NCBI GenBank assembly: GCA_036170915.1
Contig: JAVHQC010000030.1
Coordinates: 1 to 64,000, forward strand
Length of the DNA stretch: 64,000 nt
Reading direction: 5' to 3'
Origin: Cyanobacteria bacterium auto_48_18
Lineage (GTDB): Bacteria > Cyanobacteriota > Vampirovibrionia > Obscuribacterales > Obscuribacteraceae
The stretch's first letter is position 1. Every line of letters starts with the position of its first letter. Under the pieces are notes generated by a model. The model made no database searches. It was given only the letters and a program-made list of their open reading frames with translations, and was not told the DNA's origin. Position numbers and translations under genes: made by a program. Shown here in pieces: positions 47,818-58,338 of this stretch.

Positions 47818-48355
47818 GCTTTAGCTGTTCGAGTTCTTGCAATTGCTCTGGTCTGATTACTCTTTGCAAAAGCACAGTGAAATGCTCTTGCTTGGTTTTT
47901 ATCTGTTGAATCAGTTCGAGAATGGCCGGGTCTTCCTCTTCTTTCGGCACTGGAGCGGCGGCAATCTCTGCTGTCAGTTTTGCCTTGAATGCTTTCCTTT
48001 TTTCGCTCAACTGCTCTCGTACAACTCTCACATCGCTGCGGTAAACATTGAAAAATTCACCGACGGCTTTTCGTTGCGTTGCATCAAGCGACGGTATCAA
48101 ACGCACTTGCTCTAAGCTTGGATTGGGATCAATCAAGATTTTGCCTATGGCATCGCTGGGCCCGGCTCTTTTGTCTACCGAAGGCAGTACGGCGGCGGCA
48201 GCGGTGGCACTGAAAAAATTGCCCACGGCAAATTCGCGCGGTGTTGAAATTGCGTCAGCCGCTTTTTTTGCCGCCTCAGCCGGTTCGGCAAGTGCAAATG
48301 CTAGAAGCAAGCACAGCACTGTCGCGACGAAATTTTTGCCAAATCTTTTCATCAT
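47789..48355 (-). CDS. Exported helical hypothetical protein (Spy/CpxP-like)
   Basis: Signal peptide ending AEA, LDATQR and IRPEQ motifs. Confidence 0.55.
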   Translation of the reverse strand: MMKRFGKNFVATVLCLLLAFALAEPAEAAKKAADAISTPREFAVGNFFSATAAAAVLPSVDKRAGPSDAIGKILIDPNPSLEQVRLIPSLDATQRKAVGEFFNVYRSDVRVVREQLSEKRKAFKAKLTAEIAAAPVPKEEEDPAILELIQQIKTKQEHFTVLLQRVIRPEQLQELEQLKRGKVPAYAE

Positions 48356-48541
48356 AGTATCGTGCCCACTTTGGCTAAAAACTATGGGGCCATGCCAGAT
48401 TATTGGCGCGGTGGTTGCAGTGGGGTATCACTTTTCGATTTCACATGGTTTACAGAAAAACTCGATGTTTTTCTGAAAGCAGGATTTTTGCGGTTTTAAG
48501 ATCCCGGCACGCCGTAACCGTAACCCATGACCATGAAACAA

Positions 48542-48985
48542 TCAGCGTTTGCCGATTTTGCGCGCCACAAATGTAGCAATCGAGCCCACTAGCACCAGCA
48601 ATCCGAATGCGACAACAGACATAAACGGCCGCACTGGTTGGACCGCATCGTTTGCAGAAAGTAATGACTGAAGGCAAACTAAAGCACAGGCCACAATATA
48701 GCTGATCGGAAAAGGCGACCATTTGCGATCGGCTAAGAATGTTACTAGAGCTGAGATCGGAACCCAGCTAATCATCCAACAAGAAGCGAAAATATCGAGA
48801 GGAAACGGTAATTCGAAATAGCCAATCAGTATCTCGCCCATTCCCAGCAATGCAGAAGCAAGCAAATACATATTAAAAAGCGGTGCTTGCTCACTTTCAA
48901 GAGTAAAACATTTGAGGCGATAGAGCAGCACGGCGAAGCAAACTAAGAGAGCCACTGCGCCAAAGATGATACTGAAAGTTTCCAA
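48542..48985 (-). CDS. Hypothetical multi-TM protein
   Basis: Hydrophobic 147 aa, AGAGG RBS before TTG. Confidence 0.6.
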   Translation of the reverse strand: METFSIIFGAVALLVCFAVLLYRLKCFTLESEQAPLFNMYLLASALLGMGEILIGYFELPFPLDIFASCWMISWVPISALVTFLADRKWSPFPISYIVACALVCLQSLLSANDAVQPVRPFMSVVAFGLLVLVGSIATFVARKIGKR

Positions 48986-48993
48986 CGCGACCT

Positions 48994-49437
48994 CTAGTGA
49001 TGTGCACTAATTTCGGTGCCAGCGGAGTAGGCTTTGCTTAGCCCTGAACTAATCGCTCCCGAAGTCAGCCCCATCGTCCAATACATAATTGCCCAAAGTA
49101 TAGGGAGATAAAAAATGTGACTTCTAAACAACGCACTTTTGACAAATAAAACAATAAAAAGCAAAACAGGAAGGTAGAGGAAAATAGTAGAAAGCGTTGG
49201 CATAGGGATGAATTGATCAGCCTGCAATCCACAAAATTTAAAGACAGCGGCAATGGCAAAGACAGTTAGGCCACAAAAATACAAATACCAATACGGAAAA
49301 GTCCACATTAAAAGTGCGAGAGCTAAAGGCAGAACCGGACTTTTGTCCTCGCCCTCTAAAAGCTCTCGATCTGGCGAATCTACATCTTGTGGCCCAGAAC
49401 TAAAATTTGCTTCGGCGCCACCATTTTTATTATCCAT
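48994..49437 (-). CDS. Hypothetical multi-TM protein
   Basis: Hydrophilic N-terminus then several TM segments. Confidence 0.6.
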   Translation of the reverse strand: MDNKNGGAEANFSSGPQDVDSPDRELLEGEDKSPVLPLALALLMWTFPYWYLYFCGLTVFAIAAVFKFCGLQADQFIPMPTLSTIFLYLPVLLFIVLFVKSALFRSHIFYLPILWAIMYWTMGLTSGAISSGLSKAYSAGTEISAHH

Positions 49438-49503
49438 GTTCGCGCCTTCAATCTCTCACCCGAGTATAGCAATGGCCGACTTGAACATTCGCCGAATACA
49501 AAC

Positions 49504-49538
49504 AAAAAAAGCCGCCTTCACAACTAAAAGAAAGCGGC
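49504..49538 (-). terminator. Terminator downstream of tRNA-Val
   Basis: Minus strand GCCGCTTTC...GAAGGCGGC then T7. Confidence 0.75.
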
Positions 49539-49559
49539 CTAATTCAAATTTTTAAAATT

Positions 49560-49631
49560 TGGGCGGTACAGGATTTGAACCTGTGACCCCTTCCATGTCA
49601 AGGAAGTGCTCTACCCCTGAGCCAACCGCCC
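49560..49631 (-). tRNA. tRNA-Val(GAC)
   Basis: GGGCGGT acceptor stem, CTTCC-TT-GAC-AT-GGAAG anticodon arm, GGTTCAAATCC T loop. CCA not encoded. Confidence 0.96.
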
Positions 49632-49755
49632 GCAGCATCGGAAGATTCCGAAGATGACTATTGTAACTCTAACCGGCCTCTGGCGAATAACAGAATCGCA
49701 AGAGGCATGAAAAGTTCGCAACAATAAGAAACGCTGACCATTTCTTTGAAAAGAA

Positions 49756-49827
<72 letters not shown>

Positions 49828-50032
49828 GTAAATTTGCCTGAATTTAGCCCTCAGACAAGACACATGCTATTTCGCAGGCGTGCTTTTGTCAATTCTAAAG
49901 CGCCACGACAAGCCTTTTAGTTGCGTGATAAAGCAAGGAGTGCCCATATATCTCTAGGGCCATGCGGTTATCATTAGCTTAACGTTTTGTCTTCCAGCAA
50001 ACAAATTGCTCTTACAAAGGTGACCGACCTGC

Positions 50033-51028
50033 ATGCAAATGGTATTGAGACGAGTCCTGGCGGCCATTCCCATGCTCTTCCTGATTTCACTGGTCAGCTT
50101 TGCCTTGATGCGAGCGTTGCCTGGCGATCCAGTTGATGTGATGCTTGGAGCGGCGCAAAAAGAGCTACCCTCTGAAGATTTAAAACTGCTGCGCCAAGAA
50201 TTCGGCCTTAATCAAAGCCCGGCCAAGCAATACCTGCTCTGGCTTTCCGGGTGGGTGAAAGCTGACAACGTAGCCTCAGCAAACGCGCTGGGTAGGTCTT
50301 ATCGCGACGGACGGCCGGTCAAAGAAGTTATTGTCGAGCGCATTCCGGCCACGCTGACTCTGGTGGGCATCGCGCTGGTCTTGTCTTTTGCCCTGGGATT
50401 AAGCATAGGCATTCTGGCTGCGTTTCTCAATTTGCAAGGCAATAAGCGGGCAGACTCAGCTCTTACAGCTGTTTTGTTGGCGATTTATTCGGCTCCAAAT
50501 TTCTGGCTGGCTTTCCTTGCCCTGGCTGCTTTAGCCAGTCAAGCGGGTTTGGCAATGGTGAAGCTGCCTATTTTAGGCTTGCATCCTCCGGGCGCTGTGC
50601 CTACCTTTGGGGCAGAAATAGAATATTTGCTTTTGCCGGCGATCATTCTTTCTACCCGTCGCATGGCTAAAGTAGCTTTGTATGTGCGCACTTTGGCACT
50701 GGACGAAATCGGCAAAGAATACGTGGTGACCGCCCTGGCAAAAGGTTTGTCACTGATATCAGTGATCACAAATCACGTTCTCAAGAACTGTTTAATTCCA
50801 GTGGTAAATTTGGCTGGCCTTTCGCTTCCGGCCTTGATAGGCGGCTCGGTATTGATAGAAACCATTTTTTGTGTGCCGGGCATGGGCAGGCTCATGGTCG
50901 AGTCCACTTTCGGCCGCAATTATCCGGTGCTCATGGGCCTCGTTATGCTTTACGGAGCCATTGTCATTCTTGCGAATTTACTTGCGGACGTGCTCAACAA
51001 AGTGATTGACCCGAGGCTGGAAAATTGA
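50033..51028 (+). CDS. oppB: Peptide ABC permease (OppB/DppB)
   Basis: PGDPV, RIPATLTL, YVVTALAKGL, IETIF...PGMG, YPVLMG. Confidence 0.9.
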   Translation: MQMVLRRVLAAIPMLFLISLVSFALMRALPGDPVDVMLGAAQKELPSEDLKLLRQEFGLNQSPAKQYLLWLSGWVKADNVASANALGRSYRDGRPVKEVIVERIPATLTLVGIALVLSFALGLSIGILAAFLNLQGNKRADSALTAVLLAIYSAPNFWLAFLALAALASQAGLAMVKLPILGLHPPGAVPTFGAEIEYLLLPAIILSTRRMAKVALYVRTLALDEIGKEYVVTALAKGLSLISVITNHVLKNCLIPVVNLAGLSLPALIGGSVLIETIFCVPGMGRLMVESTFGRNYPVLMGLVMLYGAIVILANLLADVLNKVIDPRLEN

Positions 51029-51942
51029 AAAAACAGCTCAACAAAAATGTCATCATCGGCTCAGTGGCGCTCGCCATACTATTTCTGACCGCTCTAACGC
51101 CGCTGATTTTGCCACTGGTCGGCATCGTCATAGAGCCGCCCATATCAAGTCTGCATCAGGTCAATCTGCCACCATCGTGGCAAAGCGATCATTTTTTAGG
51201 CACTGACGCGCTTGGCCATGACCTTCTCAAAATGATTGTCTTCGGTGCCATGGGCTCGCTTTCTGTAGGCCTTTGCTCGGCCTTTGTGGCGGTTATTCTG
51301 GGCAATATCTGGGGCTCTACAGCGGCACTGGCAGGAGGTTTTGTCGACAGTTTGATGATGCGTTTTGTGGACGCACTGCTGGCTGTACCCTCCATTATTC
51401 TTTTGCTGACATTGAGTTCGATTCTATCGGCCCCGGAGCTGATTGAAAAATTTCCCCCAATCTTGCTCAAAGGCCTGGGCGTCACCGCCTACACCGATGG
51501 GCTAATGCCTTATTTCATAGTCATACTTGCCATCACCGCCACCACCTGGCTCGAGTCGGCACGGGTTGCCAGAGCGCGGGTTTTGGCCATCAAAGAAGAA
51601 GACTTTTTTCTCGCTGCACGCGCCCTCGGCAGCTCGTTTAGCCAACTTTTAGGCAAACACTTACTGCCTGCGCTGGCTACTACAGCCGTTGTAGAAGCCA
51701 CCCTGCTGGTCAGCGACGCCATTATCATGGAATCTGGATTAAGCTTTCTCGGCCTCGGACTCGGCCCCTCAACTCCAAGCTGGGGCAGCATGCTCAAAGA
51801 AGCACAGGCCTGCTTAATTGCAGGCAATTGGTGGGCGGCGGTCATACCAGGTTTGCTAATTTGCTTCACTGTAATCAGCGTTCATCTTCTTGGCGAAGGG
51901 TTCTTAAGCTCAAAGCGGGCCAGAGGCAAAATCCCGGCTTGA
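51025..51942 (+). CDS. oppC: Peptide ABC permease (OppC/DppC)
   Basis: HFLGTDALG, MRFVD, AARALG, ESGLSFLGLG, PSWGSML. Confidence 0.9.
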   Translation: MKKQLNKNVIIGSVALAILFLTALTPLILPLVGIVIEPPISSLHQVNLPPSWQSDHFLGTDALGHDLLKMIVFGAMGSLSVGLCSAFVAVILGNIWGSTAALAGGFVDSLMMRFVDALLAVPSIILLLTLSSILSAPELIEKFPPILLKGLGVTAYTDGLMPYFIVILAITATTWLESARVARARVLAIKEEDFFLAARALGSSFSQLLGKHLLPALATTAVVEATLLVSDAIIMESGLSFLGLGLGPSTPSWGSMLKEAQACLIAGNWWAAVIPGLLICFTVISVHLLGEGFLSSKRARGKIPA

Positions 51943-52014
51943 CACTTCCCAATGGGCTAGAATATTGGCACGCTTTAGCAGCATTAACACTGACAATTAA
52001 ATTACGGATAGCCA

Positions 52015-52551
52015 ATGAAATTTATGCCCGATTCAAAAAGCAAAAGCTATGGCCATTTGTTACTTGCCGCCGTCATCGTCAGCAGTTTTTCACTAAGTGC
52101 CTGCGGAGACAGCAAGGAAGTAAGTTTCAACTCTGGTGGCATGACTCAGGTATCAAGAGCCGGTGCGGGTTCTGTACCGGACGACCTGAAAAAATTAGTT
52201 TACCCTGGTGCCACCGCCAGTGGTTCACAGTCGGCTAGCGAAAATGGTAAAGACTCAAACGATCATTCGCGCTATTTAAATTTGTCTACCAGCGATTCTA
52301 TTGAAAAAGTCGCCACCTGGTATGAGGCAGCACTGAAGCAAGAAGGTTGGAATATTGAGAAGAATGAGGCCATGGGAAATTTGGTCACACTGAGCGGCAC
52401 ACTTAAGGATGCCGAAGTTGCCATCAATATTGCCGACGACTCAGGTAAGACCTCAATCATTGTCAACCAGAGCACCTCACTTGGTGCCATACCCGACGAC
52501 GAAACTGTAGAAAACTTCAAACCTAACAAAGAGGTTCCACCCACTGACTAA
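52015..52551 (+). CDS. Lipoprotein, hypothetical
   Basis: LSAC lipobox, YPGA motif. Confidence 0.75.
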   Translation: MKFMPDSKSKSYGHLLLAAVIVSSFSLSACGDSKEVSFNSGGMTQVSRAGAGSVPDDLKKLVYPGATASGSQSASENGKDSNDHSRYLNLSTSDSIEKVATWYEAALKQEGWNIEKNEAMGNLVTLSGTLKDAEVAINIADDSGKTSIIVNQSTSLGAIPDDETVENFKPNKEVPPTD

Positions 52552-52582
52552 GGCTGCTGCAAAGTCAATTGAAGCAAAGCCA

Positions 52583-53227
52583 GTGGCTCTGGCTGAAGTT
52601 CTAACGTCTTCAATTACTGGCTTAGTTGCCGAGACGATCAAAAGCGAAGTGGGCGGAAATATCAAAATTTCTAAACCGCGCTTCGGCAGTTTCGTCAGAG
52701 TAGATTCGCCTGAAAACGAAATTTCTGTTTTTGCTATTGTGTTCAACGTCATCACCAACCCACCCGACAGTGTGCACAAACCAAGCGCTCTCGGCCTCAC
52801 TCGCGACCAACTGCGAGTGGAACAACCACATATTTTTGCCCTGCTCAAAACAGAAGTGCACGCTCAAATTGTGGGCTACTTAGATTGGCAGACAAAAGCA
52901 ATTTATCAACATTTGCCACCACAGCCACCTGAAGTGCACGATTTTCTCTACACTGCCACCACTGACGAAGTGATGAAACTATCGAGCGAATTTGAATTTT
53001 TGCGTTTGCTCAATGGTGTCACCAGTGTACCGGCCGATGAATTGATGGCGGCAAGCGTGCGTGAAGGCGCCCGTGCACGAGCTCATGGCGCACCGCCGGA
53101 GCAGGCCGAAGCCATCGCCACTGCTTATTTGATTGAAGCCGGACGAGCAATATCGCAGTTATTTAGATCAGACTACGAGCGCATGTTGAGCATCGTCAGA
53201 AAAATCAAACCGGCTAATGTTGGTTAG
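52583..53227 (+). CDS. HAS-barrel-type conserved protein
   Basis: PRFGSFV, ALGL...EQPHIFALLKT, YQHLPPQPPEVH. Confidence 0.7.
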   Translation: MALAEVLTSSITGLVAETIKSEVGGNIKISKPRFGSFVRVDSPENEISVFAIVFNVITNPPDSVHKPSALGLTRDQLRVEQPHIFALLKTEVHAQIVGYLDWQTKAIYQHLPPQPPEVHDFLYTATTDEVMKLSSEFEFLRLLNGVTSVPADELMAASVREGARARAHGAPPEQAEAIATAYLIEAGRAISQLFRSDYERMLSIVRKIKPANVG

Positions 53228-53240
53228 TTTTCAACTTGAA

Positions 53241-53822
53241 CTAATCACAAATCGCTAAATCTACATAAGGCCGCGACACAGATTTAATCACCGGCCCAGC
53301 TTTCTCTTTACCTTTATCTACTGCCTCAAAGCCCGCATCAATTTTTACCAGCGGTGCTTTCTTGTGCACATATCGAGTGGGCATCATAGCCTGTAATCCC
53401 GCTTCGGCCTCGAAGTTTTTCAACAGCTCAACGCGCTTCATGCCTGGTTTAATCGCAGTGCAATCTTTCATCAGGGCAATTAACCACTCTTCCTGAGCGC
53501 TGTACGGCTTAGGCCTGGTCGGAAAACTCAAATACATTGACGAAACAGTTTTAACCGCTGGCCCCAGAGTAACTTCAATACTGATCAGCTGGCAATTCTT
53601 CAATAAATATCTGTAAGGGCTTGGTTGGTCGCCGGCGTCTGGCGTATAGAGCTTGAGCAGTTCTGCCTGGGACGATCCTGGCACGATACCTCTACCCTCA
53701 GCCACAACTTTCTGCAGCCACTGCAAATTAGAACTTGAACTAGACGGATTTGCTTGCACTTTTATTGCCACCATCAAAACTGCTGATACCAGAAGTGCCA
53801 CCAGAAGAATTTTAGGTTTCAT
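53241..53822 (-). CDS. Exported protein with an internally duplicated domain
   Basis: Signal peptide, then two similar units of about 75 aa. Confidence 0.7.
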   Translation of the reverse strand: MKPKILLVALLVSAVLMVAIKVQANPSSSSSNLQWLQKVVAEGRGIVPGSSQAELLKLYTPDAGDQPSPYRYLLKNCQLISIEVTLGPAVKTVSSMYLSFPTRPKPYSAQEEWLIALMKDCTAIKPGMKRVELLKNFEAEAGLQAMMPTRYVHKKAPLVKIDAGFEAVDKGKEKAGPVIKSVSRPYVDLAICD

Positions 53823-53830
53823 CCAATCTC

Positions 53831-54715
53831 CTAAGCCAGCTCGGCACTATCGGCATACTTCATATAAACCCAGACAGCAAGCGAGACTATGATTATCAAT
53901 ACTGTGGATACGGCTGAACCAAAGGCCCAATCACGCACGGTTAAAAACTGATTTTGAATCAAATTTCCCATATACATATACTTGCCACCACCAAGCAAAT
54001 CAGGAGTGACGTAATCACCCAAAGATGGAATAAACACCATCAGCGATCCGGCCACGATACCACCACTGGTGAGGGGCAAAAGTATTTTAAAGAGGGTACG
54101 TAGTGGGCTGGCACCAAGATCTAGAGACGCCTCAATTAGCTTTATATCGACTTTTTCAATTGCCGTGTAAAGCGGCAAAATCATATACGGCAAATAGTTG
54201 TAAACCATTCCTAACCAGACGGCAAAAGGCGTATAGAGCAGAGGAGGCAGCTCATGGCCGAGCCCGCACGCTGCTGCCAGGTGAGCAAGTATGCCGGTGG
54301 GTCGCAAAATCGTAATCCAGGCATATATGCGCAAAAGTGACGAAGTCCACAGCGGCAGCACGATTAAAAGTATGAGCATGTTGCGCATGCTGCGTTTTGT
54401 GAAGAGCGCCAGCCACACCGCAAAAATATAACCGAGCACCAGAGTCGAGCTGGTCGTAAGCGTGGAAAGCACAAGCGATCGCAGCAGCGCCGACAGATAT
54501 GGGCCGTGAATAAAGCGCAAGTAATTGTCGAAACTAAAGCCTAAGACTACACGCCCAAGCTGATCCCGCCCACCAAAGCTGTAAACCCAGAGGATCACAA
54601 GAGGGACTAGCACGAAAAGCGCGAGATAGGTGCACGCGGGTGCCAAAAGCCAGAGTCTGGCGCCAGGTCTTTGAGAACTCTTAGAGATGTTCACTTTTGC
54701 TTCTCTAAACGGCAA
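53831..54715 (-). CDS. potB: Polyamine ABC permease
   Basis: LPLWTSSLLRIYAW, YLPYMILPLY, EASLDLGA, GNLIQNQF. Confidence 0.9.
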   Translation of the reverse strand: MPFREAKVNISKSSQRPGARLWLLAPACTYLALFVLVPLVILWVYSFGGRDQLGRVVLGFSFDNYLRFIHGPYLSALLRSLVLSTLTTSSTLVLGYIFAVWLALFTKRSMRNMLILLIVLPLWTSSLLRIYAWITILRPTGILAHLAAACGLGHELPPLLYTPFAVWLGMVYNYLPYMILPLYTAIEKVDIKLIEASLDLGASPLRTLFKILLPLTSGGIVAGSLMVFIPSLGDYVTPDLLGGGKYMYMGNLIQNQFLTVRDWAFGSAVSTVLIIIVSLAVWVYMKYADSAELA

Positions 54716-54808
54716 GATACACTATACCGTCTATGGCCGGCCCTATGTAGCAGAGCTGCCAAACAATCCCAAGCTACTGACTTCGACGCAAACTGAAAGA
54801 ACGCCACC

Positions 54809-55783
54809 ATGCTCAAGATCATATTTCTCGGCACACCACAATTTGCAGTTCCTACTCTGCAGAGCTTACTCGACAACGAAGAAAATCTCGGCCTCAAAGT
54901 CGTAGCAGCAGTTTGCCAGCCAGACAAACCCAAAGGTCGCGGCGGAAAAGTTGAAATGCCGCCGGTCAAAGTGCTCGCTCAAGCTCACAACATCGAAGTA
55001 CTGCAACCCAACGCCCTGGCACGGTCTCCTGAAACAGTCGAAAGAATGCGCGAGTTGGCTCCCGATCTGTTAGTCATGGTGGCATTCGGTCAAATTTTAA
55101 AGAAAAATGTCTTAGAGATGGCACCACTTGGTGTGATCAACGTGCACGGATCCCTGTTGCCGGCATTGCGCGGAGCTGCTCCAATAAACTGGGCGATTAT
55201 CAATGGCGATACCTTCACTGGTGTCACAACCATGTACACCGAAGCCGGTGTTGATACAGGGCCTATGCTACTCAAAGCTGAGATGACCATCACACCCGAC
55301 ATGACAGCAGTGGAGTTAGCGGAAGAAATGTCTCACGCAGGGGCAGAACTTCTGATTGCTACCATTGTTGCCTTGCAAAATAAAACACTCACGCCTGAGC
55401 GGCAAGACGATTCTCTGTCTACACTTGCTCCAATGCTTTCGCGCGCACTTTCAAAAATTGATTGGAAAAAATCTGCTCAAGAAATTCACAACCTTGTGCG
55501 AGGCCTTACACCATGGCCGTCTACCATTGCTGCGTTCAGAGACGGTGAGCTCAAAATTATAAAAACAAAGATGGCTAAAAGAGAAGATTTAGAATCAGCC
55601 GACAGTGCAAAAATGGCCGGCCAAATACTTAAAGAGCATGGCAAAATATTTGTTGCTTGCGGCAAAGAAAACAAATTTGAATTTTTGGAATTGATTGAAG
55701 TGCAGCCGGCCAACAAAGCAAAGCTGCCGGCCTCAGCCTGGATCAATGGTGTTAGATTGGAAACAGGTGAATGTCTTAAATGA
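54809..55783 (+). CDS. fmt: Methionyl-tRNA formyltransferase
   Basis: FLGTPQFA, QPDKPKGRG, NVHGSLLP...RGAAPI. Confidence 0.96.
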   Translation: MLKIIFLGTPQFAVPTLQSLLDNEENLGLKVVAAVCQPDKPKGRGGKVEMPPVKVLAQAHNIEVLQPNALARSPETVERMRELAPDLLVMVAFGQILKKNVLEMAPLGVINVHGSLLPALRGAAPINWAIINGDTFTGVTTMYTEAGVDTGPMLLKAEMTITPDMTAVELAEEMSHAGAELLIATIVALQNKTLTPERQDDSLSTLAPMLSRALSKIDWKKSAQEIHNLVRGLTPWPSTIAAFRDGELKIIKTKMAKREDLESADSAKMAGQILKEHGKIFVACGKENKFEFLELIEVQPANKAKLPASAWINGVRLETGECLK

Positions 55784-57276
55784 GTGCAGAAAACAGCGAG
55801 CCGAAAGAAGCACCGCGAAAGAAGAACGATTCACATCTGCGCAAACGAGGAGTGTCGTCTCGCAAACTCGCTGTAGAAGTCTTGATTAAAATTCAAGAGA
55901 AGGGCGCTTACACAAACATTGCCCTGGCCAATGCATTAGACGGCAGCAAATGGGACCTTTCTGAGCGCGACCGGGCCTTTGTTACTGCTCTTGTGCAAGG
56001 TGTTTTACGCAATGCCAACAACCTCGATAAAACTATCGGCACCATATCAAGCAAACCTGTCAATAAAATTCAACCACCACTTCTCAATTTGCTTCGCATT
56101 GCTATTTTCCAGCTTGAATCAATGCCAGATATTCCTCAAAGTGCAGTAGTCGACACGGCTGTAGAATTGGCCCGTGTTATTGGTCATGTGGGCCTTTCTA
56201 AATTCGTCAACGGCATTCTGCGCACCTATATTCGCAATGTAGAGAAAGGTCGAGTGGCGATTGTGGAACCGCTCAATTTAGCCACAATGCAAAACGATGA
56301 GATTGTCACCGCCCTTTCTGAACAACACTCGATGCCATCATGGCTGGTATCGCGCTGGCTCGCCAGATTCGGTGCAGAAGAAACCGCTAAAATTCTCAAA
56401 GCTTCAGATACACCGGCCAAACTGACTTTGCGCGTTAACGACATTGCTATGGAGACTGACGGCTATCAGCGCTTGCTGGCCGACAAAGGTGTAATTGCCG
56501 AGCGGTCGAAACTGGTGCCCACTTGCCTGACTATCACCGATCGAAAAAGTATCAAAGGCCCTGTGGAAAAATTACCTGGCTATGACGACGGTATCTTTTC
56601 CATTCAAGATGAAGCGGCAGCATTTGTCGGTCAGGTAATGGCGCCGCAATCAAGTGATGTGATTATTGACCTTTGTGCTGCTCCTGGCGGTAAGACTCTT
56701 AACTTGTCTGAAATGATGAACAACAAAGGTCGCATCGTCGCCATTGATAAACACGAAAAAAGACTCAACCTGGTTAAAGAAAATAGACTGCGTTTGGGCC
56801 TGACCAATATCGAAACTTACGCTGCCGACGGCACCACCTACGAGCATCCACCTGTAGACAAAGTGCTAGTTGACGCGCCATGTTCGGGCACAGGCGTAAT
56901 TAACAAACGCTCTGACATTCGTCTCAAGTTGAAAGAAAGCGATATTGCCGAAGTCAATGCCATTCAAAAGGCGCTGCTCACTAATGCCGCGAAACTGGTG
57001 AAGCCGGGCGGCATACTCGTTTATTCCACTTGTTCAATTGAACGTGAAGAAAACGAAGATATGGTGGCCTGGTTTCTTGAGCAATTTGAAGAATTTCAGG
57101 CCGAAGACATCACTCCGGCCTTCCAACCGGGCGTCTTAGCTGAGCTTGGTCTGGAAAAAGAAGCGTCTCAAGGTTATGCGCTCTTTTTACCGTCGCGGCA
57201 TGAATTTTCAGGATTCTTTGTAGCCAAATTGAGAAAACGTGCGGCTGTGGTTGAAGACGATACAGTTCAGGGTTGA
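55780..57276 (+). CDS. rsmB: 16S rRNA m5C967 methyltransferase
   Basis: NusB-like N-terminus, DLCAAPGGKT, DAPCSGTG, YSTCSI. Confidence 0.95.
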   Translation: MSAENSEPKEAPRKKNDSHLRKRGVSSRKLAVEVLIKIQEKGAYTNIALANALDGSKWDLSERDRAFVTALVQGVLRNANNLDKTIGTISSKPVNKIQPPLLNLLRIAIFQLESMPDIPQSAVVDTAVELARVIGHVGLSKFVNGILRTYIRNVEKGRVAIVEPLNLATMQNDEIVTALSEQHSMPSWLVSRWLARFGAEETAKILKASDTPAKLTLRVNDIAMETDGYQRLLADKGVIAERSKLVPTCLTITDRKSIKGPVEKLPGYDDGIFSIQDEAAAFVGQVMAPQSSDVIIDLCAAPGGKTLNLSEMMNNKGRIVAIDKHEKRLNLVKENRLRLGLTNIETYAADGTTYEHPPVDKVLVDAPCSGTGVINKRSDIRLKLKESDIAEVNAIQKALLTNAAKLVKPGGILVYSTCSIEREENEDMVAWFLEQFEEFQAEDITPAFQPGVLAELGLEKEASQGYALFLPSRHEFSGFFVAKLRKRAAVVEDDTVQG

Positions 57277-57476
57277 TTTCTGAAACGTGACAAGACTACA
57301 GGTTGCTCCATAACGATATCAGGCCCGTAAACTACCGTAACTTGCCACTAGCGCCTCAATTGTGTCCAAACAGTTCACTATTCGACTAGCCTTTCGGGCC
57401 GGCGGGTATCTACTTAGATAGAGCTCACACAGCCCAGGCAACAAAGTAAATGGTCCGATAATTATTGGAGAAAATC

Positions 57477-58325
57477 ATGGAAACAGGCCTTGGGTTTTTA
57501 CTTTTCGTACTTGGCTATTTGCTCACTTCAATCAAAATCGTCAAAGAATACGAGCGCTTCATTGTCTTTACCTTAGGTCGCGCTGATGGAGTCAGAGGCC
57601 CAGGCATGCAGCTCGTTTTTCCGCTGTTGCAAACTTCGCGCAAAGTCGACTTACGTATCATCACCATGTCGATTCCCATGCAAGAAATCATCACCAAAGA
57701 CAACGTCTCGGCCAAGACCGCGGCGGTATGCTTCTTTCAAGTTGTAGACCCATTCAAAGCCGTGACCAAAATCGAAGACCCATTTAACGCTACATCACAG
57801 GTTGCACAGACAACCTTACGCAGCGTGCTCGGCCAACACGAACTCGACGAATTGCTGACCGAAAGAGACGCCATTAACGCTAAATTGTCGGCCATTATCG
57901 ACAGACAAACTGAAGGTTGGGGCATCAAAGTCATATCTGTCGAAGTTAAAGACGTTGAAATTCCAGAAAGCATGAAACGCGCCATGGCCAGACAAGCCGA
58001 AGCTGAACGAGAAAGACGAGCCAAGATCGTGGCTGCAGAAGGCGAACATCAAGCTGCTGAAAAACTTGCTGAAGCCGCTCGCGTCATCGGTACAGTACCA
58101 GGGGCGATGCAACTGAGACAATTACAGACCATGGTGGAAGTATCAGCAGAGAAGAATTCCACTTTGATTTTCCCTGTGCCTATTGAGCTCATGCAATTTG
58201 TACAGGGTGCGGCCAAGCACTTTAACAAAGAAGAAGAAGCGCCACAAGATCCAGGCGCCACCATCAAAATAGAAGGCAAACCTGAACAAATTGCCGCCAG
58301 CAAACCCCACTCTCAAGAAAAATAA
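57477..58325 (+). CDS. SPFH/stomatin (slipin) family protein
   Basis: AQTTLRSVLG, RAMARQAEAERERRAK, AEGE. GGAG RBS. Confidence 0.93.
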   Translation: METGLGFLLFVLGYLLTSIKIVKEYERFIVFTLGRADGVRGPGMQLVFPLLQTSRKVDLRIITMSIPMQEIITKDNVSAKTAAVCFFQVVDPFKAVTKIEDPFNATSQVAQTTLRSVLGQHELDELLTERDAINAKLSAIIDRQTEGWGIKVISVEVKDVEIPESMKRAMARQAEAERERRAKIVAAEGEHQAAEKLAEAARVIGTVPGAMQLRQLQTMVEVSAEKNSTLIFPVPIELMQFVQGAAKHFNKEEEAPQDPGATIKIEGKPEQIAASKPHSQEK

Positions 58326-58338
58326 TGGCCTGCTCGAT

